Source: an uncultured Gammaproteobacteria bacterium
GTDB lineage: Bacteria; Pseudomonadota; Gammaproteobacteria; UBA9214
Reading direction: 5' to 3'
NCBI GenBank assembly: GCA_963827755.1
Contig: CAWHCQ010000044.1
Coordinates: 35,087-99,086 of the forward strand
DNA length: 64,000 nucleotides
The notes under the pieces are model-generated. The model was not told where the DNA came from and did not search any database. It saw only the letters and a program-made list of their open reading frames with translations. Positions 52,874 through 62,370 of the stretch are shown one piece after another; the first letter of the stretch is position 1, and the number at the start of each line of letters is the position of its first letter. Made by a program: the position numbers and the translations under genes.

Positions 52874-53587
52874 GTGCGCATAGCGGTTCTGGAGGACGAC
52901 ACAGACCAGGTTGAGCTGATGCAGTCATGGCTCAAGGATGCCGGGCATGAGTGCCGGGCCTTTGCTTCAGGCAGCGAATTCAAGGCTGCCCTGAAGCGCG
53001 AGACCTTTGATTTACTGGTGCTTGACTGGAGCCTGCCCGATACCACGGGCCCGGAAGTACTCGGCTGGGTGCGCGAAAATATTGATTGGCACATCCCGGT
53101 GCTGTTCGTGACCAGCCGTGACCTGGAAGAAGATATCGTCTATGCCCTGGAACGCGGTGCCGACGACTATATGACCAAGCCGGTCAAGCAACATGAAACC
53201 CTGGCGCGCATTACGGCCCTCGAGCGTCGCAGTCAACCCGCCGCTGACCAGTCAACCACCCTGAAACAGGGGCTGTATGAATTTGACCTTGTCAATCGCC
53301 ACGTCAGGATCGATGATGCGGAAACAGTGACCCTGACCAACAAGGAGTTCGACCTTGCCCTGCTGCTGTTTCGCAACCCGGGCCGCTTGCTGTCACGCAG
53401 TTATATCCTTGAAAATATCTGGGGCACGAACCGCGAACTGAGCACCCGCACGGTCGACACCCACATCAGCCGAATACGCAACAAGCTCTTTATCCATCCT
53501 GACAATGGCATAAAGCTGAATGCCATTTATAACCATGGTTACCGCCTGGAGCCCCTGTCCGTCACCAAAACAGCAGCGGCGTCCTGA
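52874..53587 (+). CDS. OmpR/PhoB family response regulator
   Basis: LEDD, LDWSLPD, GADDYMTKP, LTNKEFDL, RTVDTHISRIRNKL, GYRL. Confidence 0.96.
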   Translation: MRIAVLEDDTDQVELMQSWLKDAGHECRAFASGSEFKAALKRETFDLLVLDWSLPDTTGPEVLGWVRENIDWHIPVLFVTSRDLEEDIVYALERGADDYMTKPVKQHETLARITALERRSQPAADQSTTLKQGLYEFDLVNRHVRIDDAETVTLTNKEFDLALLLFRNPGRLLSRSYILENIWGTNRELSTRTVDTHISRIRNKLFIHPDNGIKLNAIYNHGYRLEPLSVTKTAAAS

Positions 53588-53629
53588 TAAGCTGTTGCAA
53601 ACAGGAAGGCCCTATTGTGAGACACGCGC

Positions 53630-55287
53630 ATGACAACCAGAAACAATGCCGCTAAACAGAGACCGAAGAGCGTCACCACCTGGCTAGCGGCAGTACTGCT
53701 GGTGTTGCTGAGCACTGCAGCCCTTGCCGATGACTGGATCTACACGGTGCGCCCCGGAGACACTCTCTGGGATCTCTGCGATATCCACCTCAGCAGCACG
53801 AAGTACTGGGAGCCCCTGCAACGACACAACAATATTTCCGACCCGCTGAGTATTAAAACGGGAACTCGCCTGAAGTTTCCCATCGCCTGGCTCAGGCATC
53901 AGCCTGCCACTGCACTGGTTACAGCGCTCCAGGGTGAGGCCCGCCTGGTCAGCGCCAGCGATGGCAGTACCCGGCCGTTGACAAACAACACCCGCCTGTT
54001 CAGCGGCGACCGGGTCATAACGGGCGCCGATGGCAACCTGAATATCCTGTTTGCCGACGGCTCGGAATTACTGGTGTTATCCGGCAGTGAAATCGTCATG
54101 GACAGCCTCAGCGCCTATGACACAACCGGCATGATCGATACGCGCGTTCGCCTTCAGGGTGGACGTGTCGACACCCGGGTTAAACCGGGCAAGGGACCGG
54201 GAAGTCGTTTCCATATCATCACCCCGGCGGCCGTGGCCGCTGTGCGCGGCACCCGCTTCCGCGTCAGTGCAGACACGGACAAACCGCTTGCACGCAGTGA
54301 AGTCACAGAGGGCAAGGTCGGTGTCAGTGGCAGCGGCGCCGCCCGGCTGGTACCGGCCGGCTTCGGCACCCTTACCGAGGCCGGCAAGCCTCCGCAGGCG
54401 CCGCGGGAGTTACTGCCGGCACCGGATCTCTCCCCGCTGCCCGCGTTGCTTGACCGCCTGCCTTTGCAATTTACCTGGGGGAGCGTCGAAAACGCCACAG
54501 GCTATCGCTTTCAGGTCGCCACCAGCAGCAGGTTCGACCAGCTGCTCGCTGACAGCACCAGCCAGCAGCAAACCGCCACGGCGGATCTGCCTGATGGTGA
54601 ATATGTACTGCGCGTTCGTGCCATTGACAAGGACAGGCTGGAGGGGCTCGATGCGATGCGTGTCTTCACTGTCAAGGCACGCCCCGAACCCCCCGCGCTA
54701 CTCGGCCCGGACGAGGCTGTACTGATCAGGGACAGGCGGCCTGAATTCAGCTGGTCATCAACGCCAGCCGACTCGGCCTGGCATTTCCAGCTGGCACGCG
54801 ATGCGCAGTTCAATGAAATACTCGCCAACCTGTCTGTACTGCGCGAGCCGCAATTCCGGCCCGAACAACCGCTGGCGGAGGGCGAGTTTTTCTGGCGCGT
54901 GGCAACTTACACACAAGAGGATGGCCGGGGACCCTTCGGTGATGCGCAAAATTTCAGAATCCGGCTCATTCTGCCGGGCCCGGAACCGGTGCCGCCACAA
55001 ATCAGCGATAGTGAAGTAGCCTTCTACTGGCAAACCGTCGCGGCTGCCGCGCAGTATCATTTCCAGCTGTCGGACGACCCGGAGTTTGACAAGCTTGTCA
55101 CTGAACAGACTGTCAGCGGGGCGCACCTGGTGATTCCACGGCCGGCAGCGGGACGTTATTATTTCCGCGCACGAGCTCTGGACGAACATGCCATCGCCGG
55201 GCCGTTCGGCACAAGCCATGAATTCATCGTCCCGTCCGCCCGTTACTGGCCGCTGCTGTGATCGTATTTATTCCCCAGCTGTTGTAA
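53630..55287 (+). CDS. Exported LysM + FecR + fibronectin-III-like repeat protein, probable C-terminal membrane anchor
   Basis: Signal peptide ALA|DD; LysM YTVRPGDTLW; FecR-like TPAAVAAVRGTRFRV...EVTEGKV; three W...Y/W.FQ.A/S...F repeats. The ORF stops at 55261, but a one-base shift gives YWPLLVIVFIPQLL* ending in TAATG overlapping the kinase start. Confidence 0.88.
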
Positions 55288-57962
55288 TGCCAAACGGCAA
55301 ACGCAGGCGAACGCTGCCCGAGCACATCACACTCGCGTTGCTGCTGGCGGGTTTTGCAGTACTGTTCCAGCAACAGGGCTGGTTATGGCGCTGGGACCAG
55401 AATATCTACGACTCGCAGCTGCGTTTCTGGTCCCGGCCGGCCGCTGACAATATCATCATTATTGCCATTGACGAGGACAGCCTGGCGCAGTTCGGCCGCT
55501 GGCCGTGGTCACGCCAGGTACATGCCCACCTGTTGAAAAAGATCACAGAAGACCAGCCACGCGCGATCGCCTACGACATAATCTTTGCCGAGTCCGACCT
55601 GGAAAACCCCGAAGGTGACATTCAATTCGCCAACGAAATCCGTAACAGCGGCCGCGTCGCACTACCGGTATATATGGAACAACCACGTCTCGGCGCACCG
55701 CCCCTCGAAATCGCGCCACTGCCGTTGCTGAATGAGCAGGCTGCCGCACTCGGACACGTGCATATCGAACTCGACCCTGACGGTATTGCCCGTGGTCTGT
55801 TCCTGCGGGAAGGACTTGGTAACCCGTACTGGCCGCACCTGGCTGTCGCGCTGTTGCAAATTGCCGGTCAGCCACTGCAATTCACCGACCCTGAAAGCAG
55901 CGGGACCGTCGCCGGGGCAAGATCGATGATGGTCTGGGCGCGCGCGCAACCCCTGTTGATACCCTTTGCCGGGCCACCCGGTCATTTCAAGCAGATATCC
56001 TTCGCACAGGTCATGCAGGACAACTACGCACCCGGCACATTCAGGGATAAATACGTACTCATCGGCGCCACGGCCACCGGACTCGGTGATGCCTTGCCGA
56101 CACCCGTGTCCGGATTCAGTCACTCGATGAGCGGTGTTGAAATCAATGCCAACGTGCTCGATGCCCTGCTCAACGATATTCATATTACCCCGCTCGCGAA
56201 GGGCTGGCAGCTTGCATTGACGGGCCTGCTGGCATTGTTGCCCTTGCTGCTGTTCCCCTACATGGCACCGCGCACCAACCTGCTGGTCACCCTGTGCCTG
56301 ATCCTTGCAACGCTTGGGGTAACCGGTGTGCTGTTATCCATAATGCACATCTGGTTTCCACCCACCGTCGCCCTGCTTGCGATCTCGCTGAGCTATCCAC
56401 TCTGGAGCTGGCGCAGACTTGAACAGGCAATGCGCTACCTGGCACAGGAACTCGACAGGCTGAAAGAGCAGCAGGCGCCAATGTCGATCGGGCAGACGGC
56501 CTCGCTCGATCACAGCCTGGATTTCCTGCAGCATATACTGCCGCTGCAAGGCTGGAGCCTGGTCGGCGAGGATGGCCGCGTTGAAAGCCGCCAGGGAGAG
56601 CCGCCACGGACTTTAACAGCAATCTCGGCGCCCGCGGGGCAGTGGCAAAGTAATGGCGATGAGCTCTGGACCGCTCTCAAACACGAGGGCCGCATAAAGA
56701 ACCTGGGGCTGCACTGGCAGTCAGCGCATCCGCCAGACAGGCAACAAATGGCGGTGCTTGAAAAGTTGCAGCAGCAGTTTTGTCTGCCCGGGGAGACCGT
56801 TGCCAGGGGGACGCACGAGGTTGTGCAGGCCCGCATCCAGCAGGTGCAGCAGGCCACCGCACAGTTACGCGAGTTGCGCCGCCTTGTCGACGACAGTCTC
56901 TCGAACATGGCGGATGGCGTCCTGGTTACCAGCGCCCTGGGGCAGATCATGCTCTCCAACAAGCGCGCCAGCTGGTATCTTCGCGGTCATGACGACGCCG
57001 CCCTTGCCGGGCTGTCGGTGATAACACTGCTGGAGGCCCTGCAAATACAGGGCAGCGATAACTGGGAAGAGCTGCTGCGCCGCTCGCTGCTGGAGCATGC
57101 ACGCATCCAGGTCGAGGTCCGGCACAACCAGGGGCGCCAGTTGCTGGTACAGATAGCCCCCCTCTCCAGGGACACGCTGCAGCCCGCAGGACTGATACTG
57201 AACTTCTCCGACATCACCCCGCTCAAGGCCAGTGAAAACAAACGCAACGAGCTGCTCAACTTTCTCTCCCACGACTTGCGCTCGCCACTGGTATCGATGC
57301 TGGCATTGCTGGAACTCGCCAGGAAGAAGGATACGAGCGAGGAGGTCCATGACCTGCTGTCGCGCATGGAAAGCCATGCCGGTAAAACACTTGACCTGGC
57401 CGAGCAGTTCCTGCAGCTGGCACGGGTGGAGAGCGGCAGCCCGTTACAACTCCACGAGATCGATCTTGTGGCCGTTGTCATGAATGCGATGGAACAGGTC
57501 TGGGAACATGCGCGCCTGAAACGCATACAACTGCTGAACAACATCACACTGGAAAACGCATGGATCGCCGGTGAAGGCAGCTTGCTTGAACGTGCACTTG
57601 TCAACCTGCTCGGCAATGCAATCAAGTTCAGTGATCCGGGAACAACGGTTCAACTTGAACTCTCCCGGCACGGGAAACACTGGCACTGCTGTGTCATCGA
57701 CGAGGGAGAAGGCATACCTGCCTCGGAACTGCCCCGACTGTTTGACCGGTTTCAACGCGTGCATCGAAAAAACCGGCCGCAACAGGCCGGTGCAGGTCTT
57801 GGCCTGGCCTTCGTTCACGCCGTTGCCAGGATCCACAGGGGGCGTGTCGAAGTGGAGAGCAGCGAGGGACAGGGTTCCCGGTTTTGCCTGGTACTGCCGG
57901 TACAGGTTGAAAACGACCAGACACCATCCCCGAAAACCGCGCCCGGACATGCCGAACAGTGA
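55287..57962 (+). CDS. CHASE2 domain sensor histidine kinase (CHASE2-TM-PAS-HisKA-HATPase)
   Basis: IIAIDEDSLAQFGRWPWSR, YDIIFAE, DPDGIAR, GVEINANVLD; three TMs; FLSHDLRSPL, NLLGNAIKFS, DEGEGI, GAGLGL. Confidence 0.95.
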   Translation: MPNGKRRRTLPEHITLALLLAGFAVLFQQQGWLWRWDQNIYDSQLRFWSRPAADNIIIIAIDEDSLAQFGRWPWSRQVHAHLLKKITEDQPRAIAYDIIFAESDLENPEGDIQFANEIRNSGRVALPVYMEQPRLGAPPLEIAPLPLLNEQAAALGHVHIELDPDGIARGLFLREGLGNPYWPHLAVALLQIAGQPLQFTDPESSGTVAGARSMMVWARAQPLLIPFAGPPGHFKQISFAQVMQDNYAPGTFRDKYVLIGATATGLGDALPTPVSGFSHSMSGVEINANVLDALLNDIHITPLAKGWQLALTGLLALLPLLLFPYMAPRTNLLVTLCLILATLGVTGVLLSIMHIWFPPTVALLAISLSYPLWSWRRLEQAMRYLAQELDRLKEQQAPMSIGQTASLDHSLDFLQHILPLQGWSLVGEDGRVESRQGEPPRTLTAISAPAGQWQSNGDELWTALKHEGRIKNLGLHWQSAHPPDRQQMAVLEKLQQQFCLPGETVARGTHEVVQARIQQVQQATAQLRELRRLVDDSLSNMADGVLVTSALGQIMLSNKRASWYLRGHDDAALAGLSVITLLEALQIQGSDNWEELLRRSLLEHARIQVEVRHNQGRQLLVQIAPLSRDTLQPAGLILNFSDITPLKASENKRNELLNFLSHDLRSPLVSMLALLELARKKDTSEEVHDLLSRMESHAGKTLDLAEQFLQLARVESGSPLQLHEIDLVAVVMNAMEQVWEHARLKRIQLLNNITLENAWIAGEGSLLERALVNLLGNAIKFSDPGTTVQLELSRHGKHWHCCVIDEGEGIPASELPRLFDRFQRVHRKNRPQQAGAGLGLAFVHAVARIHRGRVEVESSEGQGSRFCLVLPVQVENDQTPSPKTAPGHAEQ

Positions 57963-58240
57963 CGCTTGTCTGCCCCGCAGACAACTGCTACTGCCACCTC
58001 TTGTATCGCTGAACCGTTAAAGCCGGCCAACACAGCTGCGACCATGCCGCATACATGTAGCATGTAACTCCTTTTGCATACCTGACCTGGCGCTCATTAC
58101 AGCCGCTGCGCGCACCAGGTCATGCCGGCATCTCCCGGTTTGTGTCATTCATGATCAGCAATGTGAAGAAATGATACGCGGGCTTCTGCCTCCGGGTTGC
58201 ACGCATATATCCCTGTATTACAGGCCCCGCAAACAATTCA

Positions 58241-58314
58241 TTAACAGAATGTCACACAAGATGCAGCAGCCCCGGCCCGGCTGTGCGCAGAAGTTAATAC
58301 AACTTACACACAAG
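58241..58314 (+). promoter_or_regulatory. Two related direct-repeat sites upstream of the GGDEF-EAL unit
   Basis: TTAACA-GAAT-GTCACACAAG (58241-58260) and TTAATACAACTTACACACAAG (58294-58314). Confidence 0.4.
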
Positions 58315-58489
58315 GACACAAACGCCGTCTTGCAAGGCCTGCATATCGTCTTATCATGGTATCCCCCGTATCAGAAAGCCTGCTGATGACCGGGGTAAAA
58401 ACAGCGGCCGGACACATGCCAACAGCAAAAACAGATACATCGATAAATTTCGCTGAATGAAAATATGTGCAGTTCAAGAGGAACAAGCA

Positions 58490-58678
58490 ATGCAAAAGTT
58501 ACCCGAGTCATATCCTGAAAAACCTGCCCGTGTTCTGCGTGCACTTCGATGCTGCCTCGATGCGCAGGCGCACACATTTACCGGCCCGGCTTCTTTCACC
58601 TTGACCGTGTGCAGAAACAAAAACTGTTACCGGCTGCTGGCCGAGTGCGATTTACGCGGTCTCTACAGGGCCGCATAA
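58490..58678 (+). CDS. Small Cys-rich hypothetical protein
   Basis: GAGGA SD, 62 aa with 5 Cys, stop 4 nt before the GGDEF-EAL ATG. Confidence 0.4.
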   Translation: MQKLPESYPEKPARVLRALRCCLDAQAHTFTGPASFTLTVCRNKNCYRLLAECDLRGLYRAA

Positions 58679-58682
58679 AACC

Positions 58683-60722
58683 ATGGGAGTCCGCGCCAAA
58701 TTGCTGTTGCCGCTACTGACACTGGTGATCGTGATCATCGTAGCAGTCGAATTCATCTGGTTGCCGGAACTGGCGGCACGTGCAGAAGCGGAGCATGTGG
58801 AACGCCAGGCTACCCGGCTCGAGGTACTCGGCATCGCACTGCTAAACCCGATGCTTGCAGACGACCTGGCGCAGACACGGCTGATACTGGACGCGGTCCT
58901 CGAAAAATACCCGGAGTGGGTGCGGCTGGACCTCAAGACTGCGAAAGGAAAACGTCTTTACCCGGCCGGGGATTTTACCGATGCAGCAAATGGTGAACAC
59001 ATTCACCGGCGCACTCAGGAGATAAAACACCTCGACAACACACTGGGAACACTTTTTCTGACAGCGGACCTGGGCGGTTTCGTCGCTGAATTCGAGCACC
59101 GCTTTCGCGTGCTCGACTGGCTGATGCTGGTCATGTTGCCGCTGCTTGCCGGTGGCGGCGCCCTGCTCCAGGAGCGGTATCTGCGGCGCCCGCTGCACGA
59201 ACTCGCCGCTGCCGCAACCCGTATTGCCCATGGCAACTACAACGTGCAGTTGCCCAGGCCCGGCAACGACGAAGTCGGCCGGCTGATTCATGCATTCGGT
59301 GGTATATGCGAGATGCGCAACTCCGCGGAACGCGCACTCGAGACGCTGGCCTACTACGACATGCTGACACACCTGCCCAACCGCGTCATGCTGAAGGAAC
59401 ACCTCACGCTCGCCCTCGCCAACGCCGGGCGTACCGGGTGCACCCTCTCGTTGCTGTTCATCGACCTCGACCGCTTCAAGGTGGTCAACGACACCCTTGG
59501 ACATGACGTTGGCGACCGCCTGCTGGCCGAGGCGGCGGAGCGCATAAAGAATTGCGTTCGCGCCGGTGACTTCGTTGCACGCCTGGGCGGTGACGAGTTT
59601 ACGGTCGTACTCGAGGAAAAAAGCGGACACGCCGGATCGCGCATCGTCGCCAGGTACATCATCGAAGCACTGGAGCAACCGTTCGTTTTCGGAGGCCAGA
59701 AGCTGGTCATCAGTCCGAGTATCGGCATTTCCCTGTTCCCCGATCACGCGACGGACTACGGTGCCATGGTGCAATGCGCCGATACCGCCATGTACCGGGC
59801 AAAGGCGATCGGCGGCAATGGCTACAGGTACTATTCACCCGAAATGGGCGACAGCCTGTCACAGCACATGAACATCGAGGCCGGTCTGCGCCGTGCACTG
59901 GCGGAAGAGGAATTTATCCTGCATTTTCAACCCAAGGTCGAACTCGACAGCGGCAGGATCACCGGCGTGGAAGCGATGATACGCTGGATGGATCCCGAAA
60001 AGGGCCTGGTTTTGCCAGACGACTTCATCCCGCTGGCCGAGGAGACCGGCCTTATCATTCCGATCGGGGAGTGGGTGCTGCGCAGGGCCTGCGAACAATA
60101 CGCCGAGTGGGGGGCACCGGACATCGAACTGGCGATTAACCTGTCCGCAAATCACCTCTACCACCCGGGCCTGTTCGCCATGCTCCGGACCACACTGGAA
60201 GAGACCGGCTTCGCAGCGGAGCGGCTCGAGATCGAGATTACCGAAAATGCGATCATGCAGAATGCGGTTCAGACCACGACCATCCTCGAAAAAATCAAGG
60301 CACTGGGAATAAAGGTCGCAATCGACGATTTCGGCACCGGCTATTCGTCGCTGACATACCTGAAACGCTTCGCCATCGACACAATCAAGATCGATCGTTC
60401 CTTTGTGAAGGATCTGCCGCATAACGCCGACGACGTCGCGATCACCTCGGCGACAGTCGCCATGGCACGAGCCCTGAACCGCCGCCTGGTTGCCGAAGGC
60501 ATAGAGAACGCCGGGCAGGCTGCCTTCCTCCACCAGCTGGGGTGCAGACTGGGCCAGGGCTACTACTACAGCAAGCCGCTGGCATCCGCGGAACTCGCGG
60601 CAATGCTGCGCAACAATCGCTACTTGAACGAGGAGCATACGCTTGACCAGCAGCCCAGGGCTGATCGGCATAGCGCACCTCCCCCGATTCAAGCAGGTAG
60701 ATTACTGCCAGGAGTACGCAAG
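58683..60722 (+). CDS. TM-HAMP-GGDEF-EAL protein (open in frame into the downstream GST)
   Basis: Two TMs, HAMP DEVGRL, YYDMLTHLPNR, RAGD I-site plus GGDEF, VEAMIRW, DDFGTGYSS. Confidence 0.92.
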
Positions 60723-61328
60723 ATGGAAATAGAGCTCTACTACACACCCCTTACCCGCTCCAGCCGGCCGCGCTGGCTGCTGGAGGAACTTGCGCTGCCC
60801 TACCGGCTGCGTCCGGTCGACCTGTTCGGTAGTGAATACAACCCGCTGCACTCCCTCGGCTGCGCGCCCGCCATCAGCATCAATGGCCAGCCCATGGTCG
60901 AGTCCGGCGCCATCTGCAACTGGCTGGCCGACTGTTTCCCGGAAAAAGACCTGTCGCCGGCCTCTACCGATCCGCGCCGCGCCCGATACGAACAATGGAT
61001 GTTCTTCGTCGCGGCAACACTGGACCCCCCCGCCTTCGCAATCCTGATGCACACACAGATACTGCCGAAGAAAAAAAGGGTCGACGCCATCGTGCCCTAT
61101 GCCACCAGGTGCTATCAGCGATTGCTGCGCATGCTTGAAAAAGAACTGGACCACGACGCCTTCCTGCTGGGGAGGCAATTCACCTGTGCCGACATCATGC
61201 TGGCTACCACGCTGACCTGCCTGCCCGGAATACTCGAGGCCTATCCGTCCTTACAGGCCTATGCAGAACGCGCCACAGACCGCCCGGCCTACAGGCGCTC
61301 CATCGAGCCCGTCAGGGAAACGGCATAA
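60723..61328 (+). CDS. Glutathione S-transferase family protein
   Basis: Own SD (CAGGAG) and ATG; TRSSRPRWLLEEL, ESGAICNWLAD, FLLGRQFTCADI. Confidence 0.9.
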   Translation: MEIELYYTPLTRSSRPRWLLEELALPYRLRPVDLFGSEYNPLHSLGCAPAISINGQPMVESGAICNWLADCFPEKDLSPASTDPRRARYEQWMFFVAATLDPPAFAILMHTQILPKKKRVDAIVPYATRCYQRLLRMLEKELDHDAFLLGRQFTCADIMLATTLTCLPGILEAYPSLQAYAERATDRPAYRRSIEPVRETA

Positions 61329-61334
61329 AACAAA

Positions 61335-61382
61335 AGGGGACAGATTTATTTTCCGGACATTCGGAAAATAAATCTGTCCCCT
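61335..61382. repeat. Perfect palindrome (GGGGACAGATTTATT class), possible bidirectional terminator
   Basis: AGGGGACAGATTTATTTTCCG-GACATT-CGGAAAATAAATCTGTCCCCT, 21-bp arms, between convergent genes. Confidence 0.8.
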
Positions 61383-61438
61383 CTTCTCAAATAAAACGAC
61401 CAGCCAGCATCCCTGCCGGCCGGTCCAAACACTGTTAG

Positions 61439-61789
61439 TCAGCGACTTTCACCAGCCATATATACAACCGCCGCCGTTACCTCTTCATCCGTCAAGCTGT
61501 TGAAACCACCCCTGGCAGGCATATAGCCACTCCTGCCCTGGTAACCGGCAATGGCGTGTGCGGCCATCACCGCAACCCCTTGCGCAATCCGTGGCGCCCA
61601 GCTTGCAGCATCACCCAGCCTGGGCGCACCGGCGGCACCGCTGCCATGACAGGCAGCACAATTACGGGTATAGGTTTCCTTGCCTGGCACCAGCTCGACA
61701 GCCGGTGTCTCTGTCGCGGTTACACCTGCCAGGATGATCGCTGCAGCTGCCAGCAGCTGCTTTACATGTCCAATGCAACCCTTTTGCAT
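61439..61789 (-). CDS. Cytochrome c5 family protein
   Basis: Signal peptide, CAACH, GAPRLGD..SWAPR, MPARGG, LTDEEV.AAV.YM. Confidence 0.93.
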   Translation of the reverse strand: MQKGCIGHVKQLLAAAAIILAGVTATETPAVELVPGKETYTRNCAACHGSGAAGAPRLGDAASWAPRIAQGVAVMAAHAIAGYQGRSGYMPARGGFNSLTDEEVTAAVVYMAGESR

Positions 61790-61805
61790 GCCTGACCCGT
61801 CGTGC

Positions 61806-62214
61806 TCAGTAGGTCACGACTGGATGCAGGCTCTTGGCATGCTCGATCCATTCATTTACCCGCTTGTTGTTCGGCAGCATGCGTACCAGTTGCTTCTCGG
61901 TATTGACCTTGCTCATGGCCTCGGCCAGGTTCTCGGGAATTACGGTTACGCAGCTCCTTGACCGTGTCTACACCGGCTGCCTCAAGCAATTCCGCATACT
62001 GGGAAGCCACACCGCGAACACGAAACAGGTCGCACATATTCACCCACTTGAGGATGAGCTTGACGCTGAGACCTGTCTTGCTGGCCAGTTCCGCCCGTCC
62101 CCTGGCGGTCGAACCGGCCTGCAACAACTGGTCTGTTGTGGCGACTCCGGCATTTTTCAGAACCTGGGCATAGCGGGGACCTATGCCTTCAATCATATAA
62201 ACTCCTCGTGACAT
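61806..62214 (-). CDS. DUF4332 (helix-hairpin-helix) protein (frameshift near 61938)
   Basis: IEGIGP.YA..L, WVNMCDLFRVRGV...YAELLEAAGVDTVKELRNRN; +1 shift restores PENLAEAM...WIEHAKSLHPVVTY*. Confidence 0.9.
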
Positions 62215-62370
62215 AACCTTCTCCTGCTTTGACTTTTAACTGTGGACAGCACACTCGTTGGACATAAAAGTTTGCTTGAGATCTTCCGGCAATTTCCCGC
62301 CGGAAAAAGATCGCTTGCAAGCCCGCTGTCGACACCCGGACCGGCACAGGCCCGAGTGTCTTCAACAGAA

